From Salpingoeca rosetta (lineage: Eukaryota; Protista; Choanoflagellata), in the NCBI GenBank assembly GCA_033442325.1, contig JAWQFM010000008.1, positions 1,186,123 to 1,250,122 of the forward strand: a stretch of 64,000 bases of DNA. Reading direction: 5' to 3'. The notes beneath the pieces were generated by a model, which had not been told where the DNA came from, did not search any database, and saw only the letters and a program-made list of their open reading frames with translations. Positions within the stretch are counted from its first letter, which is position 1; each line of letters begins with the position of its first letter. Shown here piece by piece: positions 52,959 to 64,000 of this stretch. The translations under genes and the position numbers were made by a program.

Positions 52959-54279
52959 TTACTTCTTCTGCTTCTTGTCAACAGCAGCAGCAGAAGCAAT
53001 GAGGTCTTCGCGGCGCTTGGCGAGGCGGTCTGCACGGCGCTGGCGGGCGGCCTTGTTGCGCTGGCGGCGGGCCTCGGCCTGGTCTGCGAGCAGCTTCTGG
53101 CGGGCGGCTTCTGCCTTGCGCTTGAAGATGTACTCCATAAGCACACGCTTGTTCTACAGGGGGCGAGGGGGTGAAAACAAGACAAGTTGGACACAAACGC
53201 ATGTGAGCGCGTGAGCATGCGAGTTTGTGGGTATGAGAGAAACACGACACAACACGGAAAAGAGTGTGTACGGCAACAACGCAAAAGCACACACACACAC
53301 ACACACACACAAACTTCACGTAAACCATCGCACACCTGGAACAACCCGACTACTCAACGAACACACATGCACGCACGCACGCAAACCAGCAGCTCTGACT
53401 GCGGTGACGCACCTTGAACACGTTACCCTTGCTCTTGAGGTAGAGCTCGTGGTAGAGGTGGGAGTCGATCTTCTTGGTGCCGCGGTACTTCTTCAGAAGA
53501 CGGCGAAGGACACGCTGGCGCCGCATCCACAGGACCTTCACAGGCATACGGGCGTTGGCGGTACCCTTACGCTTACCTGTGTGTGAAGGGTGACAAGAGG
53601 AACAAGGTGGTTATCGTCAGTGGCAGCGAAGGGACGATGCGCACACCAGGGAGAAGTAGATAGGTGCAGTTCAAGCGGCAGCGTGGCGCGTGTCATGTCA
53701 CAGAAGCATGTGCGAGTCGCAAGTCACAGCACGAGCACATCAAAAACCCTGTGATCAACTGACCACCTCCCATCAAACCTCACACAAACATGTATCACGC
53801 CGCACCATGGCCTGTGTGGCGGCCCTTCCGCTTGGCCTCGAGGTGACGCTGTGCGCGGGAGCGGGAGTGCACAATCTGGGGCTTCTTGATGATGAGGCCA
53901 TCCTTGATGAGCTTGCGCACGCTCTTGCGGCTGTTGGCGTTGGAGATCTCTGTAACCTCGTTGGGGTCAATCCAGATCTTGCGGCGGCCAACCTTGAGCA
54001 CGCTGGCGGCCAACCTCTGCAGAGAGCCATGCACAGGACCCAACACGTGTGTTGTGTGGCGTGGATTGTGAGTTGTGTGTGTGTGTGTGTGTGTGCGTGT
54101 GTTGTACGCAGCACGTGCGTCTGTGGACACGAACGCTTGTTTGCGCCTGTTGTGTGTGTGTGTGTGCGTGTGGAACACAGGCAGCGCAGGTGGTTACGCC
54201 ATAAGCGGTGCGAGCACGCGTGTCTTGTTGTGACTGAGTGTTAGGTCGCTCGTACCTTCTGCAAGCGGCAGTTCACCAT
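52959..54279 (-). CDS. RPL19: 60S ribosomal protein L19 (eL19), 4 coding exons
   Basis: MVNCRLQK|[43 protein letters not shown]...KGRHTGHG|[31 protein letters not shown]...KGNVFK|[15 protein letters not shown]. Confidence 0.97.
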
Positions 54280-54775
54280 CTTCGGTATGAAAGAAGAAGA
54301 AGCCGGCGAAGGATAAGGTGAATAATGACACAGGGTGTATGCGTGTGCGTGTGTGTGAGAGTGTGTGTGCGTGTGCGTGTGTGAGTGGGTGTAAAAGTGA
54401 GTGAGTGTGTGTACAAGTGAGTGAGTGGGTGTGAAGGTCGAGCACATGCAGGCACAGAAGAACAAAGTTGTTTGGCAGCAGTGGCTGTGCTGTGTGTGCC
54501 ACATGCGCGCTGGTGGCTGTGGGGGTTCTCGGTCTGCAAACAGGTCACGCCAGTGACTGTTGGCTCTCTCCAAGGTGTGTGGGTCGTCAGCAAGGCCGCC
54601 ATCATCGATTCGCTGGATCCCCTTCCTTCCCCACGATGTGCCAGCAGCCATGTGCGGCTGCGTCCACAGCACGCACACAGCACGCACACGCACACAGCAC
54701 GCACACGCACGCAGCACGCATGCGCCATCCACCCAGCACCACATATCCACACCATCCGCACCACACACACACGCA

Positions 54776-54824
54776 CCTTCAGCTGATGCACACGCGATGT
54801 TGGGGGAGATGGAAAGGAAAAAGG
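54776..54824 (-). promoter_or_regulatory. Probable non-coding first exon of RPL19 beginning with a 5'TOP-like pyrimidine tract
   Basis: Minus strand reads CCTTTTTCCTTTCC...CAGCTGAAG|GTGCGT; acceptor CTTCTTCTTCTTTCATACCGAAG directly precedes ATG 54279. Confidence 0.5.
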
Positions 54825-54935
54825 CAGATGCGGTGCAGCGGTACTCGGTACTTGTGATGCAGGTACCACAGCAGAATTTCTATTGTGGCGAAAACGCGCA
54901 GTTCTTTCACCAACTATCGACGGCTGTGTACTGGA

Positions 54936-54947
54936 ACTGAATTCAGT
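54936..54947. promoter_or_regulatory. 12-bp palindrome ACTGAATTCAGT in the divergent RPL19/NACHT-WD intergenic region
   Basis: Third copy of the shared motif. Confidence 0.5.
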
Positions 54948-55092
54948 ACTCGCCTTTTCAAAATGCGCGGCACAACACCCAGGTGACTGCCGTTGTGGAG
55001 GATTTGACGCTGTTTTCTGCAGATATTCGACAGGCTGGGCGAAGCAAGCAAGCAAGCAAGCAAGCAGGAAGACAGCAGCAGTGGCGCTGGTG

Positions 55093-56885
55093 ATGAGGGT
55101 GTGTGTGGGCGTGTGCGCTCCAAGCACTGGTGAGGATGGAAGGAGCGAGTGAGAGTGCGCGAGCGGGGCGCGAGAGAGCGATGTGAATATGGCACGATGT
55201 CGTGTGGGACTCCAAGACACGCAGCAGGCTCACCGCTACTGGTTGCTTTTCAGTGCATGTCACACTTGCTTCACTCCCTCGCTGGCTCTGGCTGGTTTGC
55301 TTGTGTGTTTTCCTTGGTTCTCACCTTGTTCTTCCTTGTTTGCCATCGGCTGTCGGTTCTGCAGGTTTTGAGTTTGAAGTGGACTTGTTAGTTCGGGACG
55401 TGTTCGTTGAGCTGAGACAGTATGCCCGCGCCAACGGCCTTGAGGTGCGTATACACACACACACACACATACACACACATACACACATACACACGCTGCG
55501 TTGCCACTGCTTCTGTTTTCGTTTGGTGCTGTTCTTCGGGGCGTTGCAGATGCAGCGTTTGTTGAAATTCAATGACCGACCTCGCATGCTTGTGTCTCGT
55601 CTATGTTCGCTGCCCAGGTGACGTTCCTGCTGCTCTCGGGCCAAGGCGGCCGCTTCGAGGACTCGCCTGGTTCATGGCAGACTGTGTGTGATCGCCTGGA
55701 GGAGATTGAAGCCTCTGACAGCCCAATCACGCTGCTGGTGAGTCCAAAACTGCGAGGGCCACCGGAGTGCATTGGACAACGTGCGTCGCGCGCCTGGCAG
55801 TTGTGTTTCCTCTTGTGCCTATGTGCAGTGTCGCTGTATTCAAACCCTCATGTGGTGTGGTGGTATGGCATGGTGTGTTTCCTGTGTTGTTTGGCCTCCA
55901 GCTTCTGACGGGGCAAGACTGGGGACGTCCCTTGCCGCCAATGGTGATCCCAAAGGACCACGAGCACCTGTACAACGCAGACCACCTACAGCAGTTCTAC
56001 GTGTTCGACACCAACCACGACGCGTGGCACCTTGCGTCCGAGAACCTGTGCGTGGCTCGCTTCAGCCGCTCAAGCCTGCCTGCTTGCCCATCGCTGCCGT
56101 TTGTCTCTACTTTGTTCATGACGCTTGTCGACTGGGATCTTGCATTCCAACAGCCATGTTCGCTTCTCACACAGTTGCATTTTTGTGTATGCGTGCGTAC
56201 GTGTGTGCGTGTATGCGTGTATGCCTGTGTATGCCTGTGTGTGCATGTATGTCTGTGTATGCCTGTGTGTGCATGTGTATGCATGTGTATGCCTGTGTGT
56301 GCATGTGTGCTCGTGTGTGTATGCTTCTGTCACGGTTATGGCACGCAGAGATTCATTGGATGATGTGGTCAAGACCATGCAGCCCCCTTCAGGTTGGTGG
56401 GGAGGAACGTGGACGTACACGCTCCCATGTGTGCGTGCTGTGACGCTGCAGTGCATCAGTGCTCTGACCAGTGTACAATGAAGCACAGCTCCGCCATTCA
56501 GCCAAGCTCACCATGCAGCGAACCATCGTCTTGCAACTCCTGCTGTCGATTGAACAACCACAGGGCTGGAGCACGTGTGCCGCATGTTCCTGACAGAGCG
56601 CAAGACCAAGAGCTTCTGGATTGCAAGAAAGGTCGCCAGTGCCTCTTCGCTCGCACAGGACAAGGTGTGCGTGTGCGCGTGCGTGCGTGTGTGAATCCCT
56701 GTGTGCTCGTGCGTAAGATAGCACGCCTCATCCTTGATTCTTGCAGTTCCCTCACGCTGCCCACCTCCTTCTGCGACATAGGTTGCTGCACTGGGTCGCC
56801 TGCTGCCGCGGTCATCATCCGGTGACGTCGATGCGGAACGGCTGCGACGCGCAGATGCTGCACACAACAACGTCTGTTTGTCGGC

Positions 56886-56922
<37 letters not shown>

Positions 56923-57353
56923 CGTCTGTATGCGTCTCTCAGTGCTTGTGACATCACTTTATGTTTGACGAAGGCACTCCTCTTTCTCCGTTGCGCGTCT
57001 CTGACCCTTCCCCTCCTCCCAATCCCCTTTCACTCCGTTGCTCCCACAAACCCTCACACAACCCCATCCACACCACATGCACGTGACCTCGCGCGCACGC
57101 GTGTGTAGGCTGCGGCCGTGCTGCCGAAGAGCAAGCGGCGCCTGCTTGAGGTTGACGTGAGCGCATGCGAGAGCCCAGGCGAGATGGAGAGCGCCATTGA
57201 CGCGTACAGGAGCGAGCTTCGTCGCGTCATGTTCATGTTCCTTCAGCGCTACATCAACGCCGTTGTCCAACAAACAGACGTGCGTTCTGCTAGACTACGT
57301 GTGCTAGTGTGTGTGTGTGTGTGCTAATGTGTGTGTGCTAGTGTGTATGTGTG

Positions 57354-57394
<41 letters not shown>

Positions 57395-58367
57395 CGCCAA
57401 TGTTCTTCCTCTCTTCCCGCTTGCCTTCTTCCACCCCCCTCGCCTTTTCCACTCACCCACCACCACCACCACCACCACCACCACCCATCCCTTGTCCTTT
57501 GCTGGTGTGCCTGTGTGTGTGATCAGGCTGGTGCGCCTGTGCGCGGGACGGTTGACACGGAGCACCACCAGACGCTGCTGCGGCACCGCGCTGACCGCCA
57601 CCCCATGCGCGAGGACCTCATCGCCCAGGTCATCAAGTTCACAAACTTCGCCAGGGAGATGGAGGTACCCCGTGTTTGCTTGTTTGTTTGGTGTGTATTG
57701 CTTGCTTGCTTACGTGTAGCATAGTGTGTGTGTGTGTGTGTGCGTGTGCGTGTGTGTTTGCTTGCTTGCTTGTGCGCAGTGTGTTTGCGTGTTTGCGTGT
57801 TTGCTTGCTTGCTTGTGCGCAGTGTGTTTGCGTGTGCGTGTGTGCTTGCCTTCGTCTTCAGTATCACTTATGCCTGCCTGGTTTGTCCTTCCATCACCCA
57901 CCCCCTGCCGTTCCTCGTCGTGTGCCAGGGGTCTCCCTCTGCGTCGAGTTTCCTGGTGCTCCACGGGCATTCGTGCATCGGCAAGTCCACGCTTGTCGCC
58001 CACGCCGTCCGCCGCGGCCTCGTCTCAGCAAAAGGTGCGCAGTGGTGGCAGTGATGGCAGTGGTGGGCAGACGTTGGGCTGCTGGAAGGTGATGAGCAAG
58101 ACCGCACGCACACAGACACAATCACACACACATAGCACCACACACACACATTCAAGTGCACACACAGAATGACACACACATACACACACGCTCACATGTT
58201 CCCTGTGGTGCACGCGTAGGCACGGTTGCTGTGACGCGGTTCATTGGGCGCGGGTGCCAGAGCCAGCGGCTGACGCTGCGCCGGCTGCTGCACAGCATCA
58301 ACGAGGAGCTCTCGCGCGAATACAGGCGCGAGGCAGCCACCGCCGTCGCCGCAATCGACCAGTCAGT

Positions 58368-58404
<37 letters not shown>

Positions 58405-60495
58405 GAGGGGTTGTAGTTGGTGTGGGACACTGGAGATGCCGGGCTCCCTCGTACTCACCGCACAAGTGTGTGTACGTGCGCAGGGAGATTCAACAAGCAG
58501 AGGTGGAGCTGGCGGCTCTGGAGGAGCAAGCGCGAGAAGAGGTAAGCCATACGAATGACATTCAGCCGTCGCACACACACACACACATCTTGTCCAACTC
58601 ACAACAGACGTGCAGACACACATGCCACTCACAACACAGCTCACACCACCTTTTTCTGGTGAATGTCATGTTGTTCGCCCGTGGGCCAGCGTGCCGCGGG
58701 TGCGGAGGTGGTGATCCCGGAGTGGGAGTACGAAACGCTTGACCAGCTCCGCGCCACACGCTCGCTCCTCAAATACAACAGCGACACACTCGGCCCAGCC
58801 GCATCGCAGTTCCAAAAGGTGGCCATGTGCCATGCTTGCTTGATGGACGGGTGTCTTGCACAGTGGATGAGTTGATAGGTGGCTTGGTTGCTTGGCTCAG
58901 TGGATGGTGGATTGGCTGCTTGGCAGTTTTGTTTTTCTCTCTCCATCTTCTTCGTTGCGCTGTTTCAGCGCGTATGAGGTATAACGCACACGTGTTGAGT
59001 TGTTGATGGAACTCTACTGACGCTCGCCACCCACGCCCTCTCACCCCTCGGCGTGCACATGACGCCGCAATCCCATACTCACCCTTGTCTCCGCTTTGTT
59101 ACCACCGCTACCACTGAGCAGAAGCTACAGCTTGCCTCTGCGAAGCGGCCGCTGTTCCTGGTGCTGTGCAACCTCGACCGCCTGGACGAGCCAGACCTCG
59201 CAGAGAAGCTCGACTGGCTCCCCATGGAGGTGCACCCATCATAATGGTGGTGGTGGTGATGATGGTGGTGGTGGGTGGTGGTGGTCGTGGTGGTGATGGT
59301 GGTGGTGATGGTGGTGGTGTGGATGGGCGACTGTACTCTGATTCCTGCTCCATGTCTCATGCCATCAATCGCACCCGCTATGTTCCGCACCTGTTCCACA
59401 TGAGCTCACCCTGTGCACACGCGCGTGTGTTTGCAGCTCCCAAAGCATGTGCGAGTCCTCATTACGACAGAGCAAGGGCCTGTCTTTGACGCGCTGCGGG
59501 CACACGTACTCGATCCATTCTGCTTCGTGGAGGTGCGTACCATCGCAACTGGTGAAGGCTTTGTCTGCATGGAACGACTGTCACTCACTCACTCACTCAC
59601 TCACTCACTCACTCACTCACACACTGAACACTGAACACCCTTACTCGCTCACTTACTCACTCACATTACGCACACTGACTCACTCACTCACTCACTCACT
59701 CACTCACTCATTCACTCACTCACTCACTCACTCACTCACTCACTCATTCACTGAACACTCAAACACACCCACTGAACACTCTCACACACTCTCTCACTTG
59801 CACTCGTACACAGGTGCCCGATTTGGACTTTGTGGACAACGACACGACGTTTGACAAGTGGCAGGAGAAGCACTCGACGACGGATGCGCAGGGCCGGCTG
59901 CTGCTGTCCACCATCCAGGACGCCAACCACCCGCTGTACACGCAGCTGCTGCTCGCAGAGGCGTCGCGATGGCGCTCGTTTGACAGCCCACAGCGCCTCA
60001 AGCGCCAGATTCCGCGCAGCAAAGGCAGCCCGCAGGACACGCTCACCAAGCACGTCGCTGTCATGTGTAAGCGGTACCCATGCGAGGACATTGTGCATCG
60101 AATCCTCGCGTACATTACCTTTTTCACAGAGCACCCGCTGTCGGAGACGGAGTTGTTGGACGTGCTGTCGCTGGACAACATTCTGCTGGACCTGTTTGCC
60201 ACCCACCTCGGCTGCACGCCGTGTGGCCGCATGTGCGACGCGGTGTGGTGCGACGTTGCCCTTCGCCTGCGCCCGTTCCTCGCCCACCCGGGCGACCGCG
60301 GCGTGGTTGCGTGGTGCCACGACGACATTGCCGCCGCCGCCCGCAAGTTCTTCCTCGATCCCATCGTGCATCAGGTCGCCTCTGTTGCTGCCGAATTCCT
60401 CGCCGGCACATACGCGGACGTGGAGAAGCCGCTGCAGCTCAAACCGGCGACGGCAAAGGCCTTTGGCATTGACCCAACAGGTGTGTGCGTGTGTG

Positions 60496-60536
<41 letters not shown>

Positions 60537-62731
60537 GTATGTGCGTATGTGTGTGCGTGCGTGCGTGTGCTTCTCATTGCCCTCCTCTCTGGTGGTAATG
60601 GCGTTTTTCAGTGTTGCTCACGAGTTCTTCCACTTGCCCTCCCTTACTCCCTCCCTCCCCCACCGCCACCATTCCCTGCAACGCAGAGCCCAAGTGGCGC
60701 GGCGTGTGCCCTCAGCCGTTGTCATTCACACACAACGACGCCCACGCCCTCCTGCCGCCGCCAAACATGCGCATCCTCGACTCGAGCGGCGAGGTGTGAC
60801 ACCCAACATTCACGCTGTGTGCTCGCTCGTGTGTGAGAGTTGTGTGTTGGTGCGTGTGTGCTGGTGTTTGAGCTGTTTTCTGTTTTATGTCCCTGGTCCT
60901 CTTCCTCTGTCTTCTCCTTCTCCACCACCACCACCACCACCACCACCACCTCCTCCTTCTCCACCACCACCACCACCTCCTCCTCCTCCTCCTCCTCCTC
61001 CTCCTCCTCCTCCTCCTCCTCCTCCTCCTCCTCCTCGTCACCTGGGCTCATCTCCCATCTGCCGCTGCTTTGTGGCATCAGTTGCTGGCGTGCCTTGGCG
61101 ATTGGAAGAGTCTACTTGAGCTCTACCTGTGCAACTTCGCCTGGCTTGAAGCGAAGCTTGCTGTGCATTCCCCAATGGTACGCGCTTCTCTGCCGTTTGC
61201 TGTTGTTTATCACCATCAAAGCGTGCACCACTCACCTGCCTGTGTTTGTGTCCCGCTGTCTCCTCCCCCCCCCCAACACCACCACCACCACGAACCACGC
61301 ACCTTTCTCACTCTGACACACAACACAACACAAAACAACACAACACAACACGGCACGGCACAACAATCAGACGATTGTGGAGATGGTGGCGCGGTTTGAC
61401 ATGAGCAGCGCCACGCCCGTGGTGAAGACGACGCTGTCTGACCTCTCTGCCACCCTGCAGGCCATCACCAGCGAGAACACGGGCCCTGTACAGCTCGCCA
61501 AGCAGCTGCTGCTCCGCCTCCCCGTGTCCACAACACCGCTGCAGTGTCTCCGACACCAGGCTGAGCTGGCCATTGGCAAGGGCGAGGGTTTGCTGTGGCC
61601 CTCAGCGCCGCTGCTCCCCGTTGCCGAGCTCGAGTGCATATCTGTCATCCGCACACCGGGGTGGAAGTGCTGGTGGGCTGGTGTTGCACTCGCAGGCGCG
61701 ACGGGCGACAAGAAGACGCGGGCGACAACGTCGCGGCTTGAGCTGGTGCTGGTGTGGCTCAACGCCGCCAACCGCGACATGCTGCACCTGTACAACCTGC
61801 GCACGGGCACGCTGTTCTTTGAGAAGGAGCTTGACCCCGTGCTGAAGGACGTGGGCCCGCTTGACGTTGGCGCGGGCGAGGAGGGCGATTCGTACGGCAT
61901 CGCCGGTGTGGGCATTGGCGACAACATGAAGGGCGCGGCGGTGTGGAGCAACGGCCAGGCGCGCGTGTGGGCGCTACCGGCCGGCGAACAACTGCTGGAG
62001 TTTCAGGCGCTGGACACCGTGGTGGACGCCGTGATGAGCGGCGATGGGACCACCCTTGTCACCACCAACGAGGATGCGTATGCCGTGTGGGACACGTCCA
62101 CCGGCAAGCTGCTGTGCGGGGAGGAGGGCCTGGTCAATGTGGCTGCTGTTGCTGTCTCGCGGGACGGCCGCACCGCCGCTGTTGCCAAGGCCTCTGGTGG
62201 CGTTGTGTTGGTGGACACGGCCAAGGCAAGCACCACCACCTTCCCCGTGAAGACGGAGCAGGTGGTTGTTGCCGTTGCGCTGCAGGGCCGCTCGCGCCTC
62301 GCCGTGTCGCTGGACGACAGTACCGTCATTGTGTACGACATTGGCAGCAAGAAGCAGGTGCTCTCCTACACACACCCGGGCCAAGTCGAGAGCGTGGCGC
62401 TGTCGGCCAACGGGTGGTGTGCGAGTGCCTCTGGCGGTGACAAGTCAGACCGTCGCATTCACCTGCACGATGTTGGGTTTGGCAAGCGGCAGCTGCTGGT
62501 TGGCCACGCTGCGGACGTGAACAGCGTGGCGTTCCACCCGTCCCTGGGCGAGTGTGTCGTGAGCGCGAGTCATGACGGCACGGTGCGGCTTTGGCGCAGC
62601 CAGGATGATCTCGCTGCTCTTCCCAATCGACACATCCACGACGACGCCGTTGACTTTGTGCGCACCAGTCCGCACTTTGCAGTCAGGTCGGCCCGCTGTT
62701 TCAGTTGCTTGGGGATGTGTTTTCGTGTGTG

Positions 62732-62766
<35 letters not shown>

Positions 62767-64000
62767 TTGTGTGTGTGTGTCGTGTGTGTGTATGTTTGTG
62801 TGTGTGTGTCGTGTGTGTGTATGTTGTGTGTGTGTGTGTGTGTGTGTGTGTCGTGTGTGTGTGCGTAATTTGTGCGGCCCAATATTCGCGTGAGTGTTGT
62901 GTGCGGTTGCATGTGTGTTGTTGTTGTTGTTCTCTTGCCACCACGCCCTCACACCCCCACACCACAACCATCAACACCCCCACACCACACCCATCAACAC
63001 CACTCATCCCACCCCGCCCACAGCGCGAGTGCGACGTACGCGACGCTGCACTTCTGGTCGCACGACGGGGAGTGGCAGCGGAGTGTGTGCCTCAAGGGCC
63101 GCAGCGATGAGGTTGACGCCAGCTGCTACCTCACGGGCCGCGTCGCCGTGTCCGACGATGGCGAGTATGTCGTCAGCACGCTGGCAGACCACAGCGTGTG
63201 CTGCTACGCGTGGAGCAGCGAGAAGCTGGAGATGTGCAGCGTGCCCAACGCAACGCAGGCGCAGTTTGTCAACAACGGCAAGACAACGACGGTTGCTGTT
63301 GCCTCGAAAAACGCGCTTGTTCTCATTGACGCCGCGAGCGCCGAGGTGAAGAAGCGGCTTGAGCTGGGCGATGCCCCCATACGGGCGCTGGCGGGGCTTG
63401 CCTCGGACAAGTACATGGTGGCCGCCTTTGACGAGCGGCTGCTTGCCATTGACACGGAGAAGGGCCAAATACTGCGCCAGTTCTCGCGCGAAGCGGCCGG
63501 CAGCGAGCTGCTGCTGTTGCAGGTGCTGAAGCGCAACGGCACGCCGTGGGTGCTGTCGTACGAGGAAGGCACGCCCTCTGTCATCCTGCGCTCGCTGCTG
63601 TCTGCGGACGAGGAGTTGGCGCTGGAGAGCAACAACACGAGCTGCGCGTGTGTCTCTGCGGACGGGCGGCTGGTGACCATTTGCAGCAACGCGGGGGACG
63701 TGGAGGTGTATGACGTCGAGGCTGGCGGGCTTGTTCTTCAGGAGAACGGCGCGCACGGCAACGCTGTGGAGCAGTGCGTGTTTTCCGCTGACGGGCGGTG
63801 GCTGCTGACGGCGGGCCAGGACACGCTGGTCAAGTGCTGGGACGTCAAGGCCGGGTTTGTGCTCACGGGCACGGAGCAGTGCGCCTCCCCTGTATCATCG
63901 CTGGCAGTGACGCAGGGTGGGCGCGGGGCCGTTGTTGGCCTGCGCAGCGGCGTTGTTGGGCACCTGAGCCTTGTCTCTGCGACGCAGAGCCCGCGGGCGG
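55093..64000 (+). CDS. NWD1/NWD2-like STAND protein: DUF4062-like N-terminus, NACHT-type P-loop NTPase and WD40 repeats; 3' partial
   Basis: MRVCVGVCAPST|GFEFEVDLLVRDVFVELRQYA...GQDWGRPLPPMVIP...FYVFDTN; Walker A LVLHGHSCIGKST; RFIG; PLFLVLCNLDRL...WLP..LPKHVRVLITT; LSETELLDVLSLDN; WD repeats GHAADVNSVAFHP...SASHDGTVRLW and AHGNAVEQCVFSADGRWLLTAGQDTLVKCWD. Confidence 0.85.
59581..59750. repeat. (CACT)n intronic microsatellite
   Basis: Direct inspection. Confidence 0.85.

Overview
Eukaryotic, intron-rich genomic DNA with GC-rich exons, introns packed with (GT/CA)n, (GA)n and (CAA)n microsatellites, and three N gaps. The style and gene content (PTB/PDZ signalling proteins, UFMylation adaptor) suggest a choanoflagellate such as Salpingoeca rosetta (inference). 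I reconstructed 16 protein genes by hand: RIO1 kinase, a GT47/exostosin glycosyltransferase, an orphan, CDK5RAP3/C53, GatC, a SpoU/TrmH methyltransferase, YIPF4, a coiled-coil orphan, a TLC-domain protein, a PTB-RanBP2 zinc finger-NPF adaptor, an alpha/beta hydrolase, a secreted 7-blade repeat protein, syntaxin-5, a PTB-coiled coil-6xPDZ scaffold, RPL19 and a NACHT-WD40 protein that runs off the end. Most notable: (1) a 267-bp compositionally foreign, structure-rich insert inside a (GA)n array in a C53 intron; (2) GatC and the SpoU methyltransferase apparently sharing exons in different frames (candidate overlapping/dicistronic mRNA); (3) a palindromic CTGAATTCAGT motif found three times, each time upstream of a gene; (4) C53 with eight IDFG variants of the shuffled ATG8/UFM1-binding motif; (5) a 5'-truncated RLE-type non-LTR retrotransposon; (6) a frameshift inside the polyQ tract of the GT47 gene. 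Exon boundaries are hand-read and approximate. Most entries in the ORF track are microsatellite artefacts.
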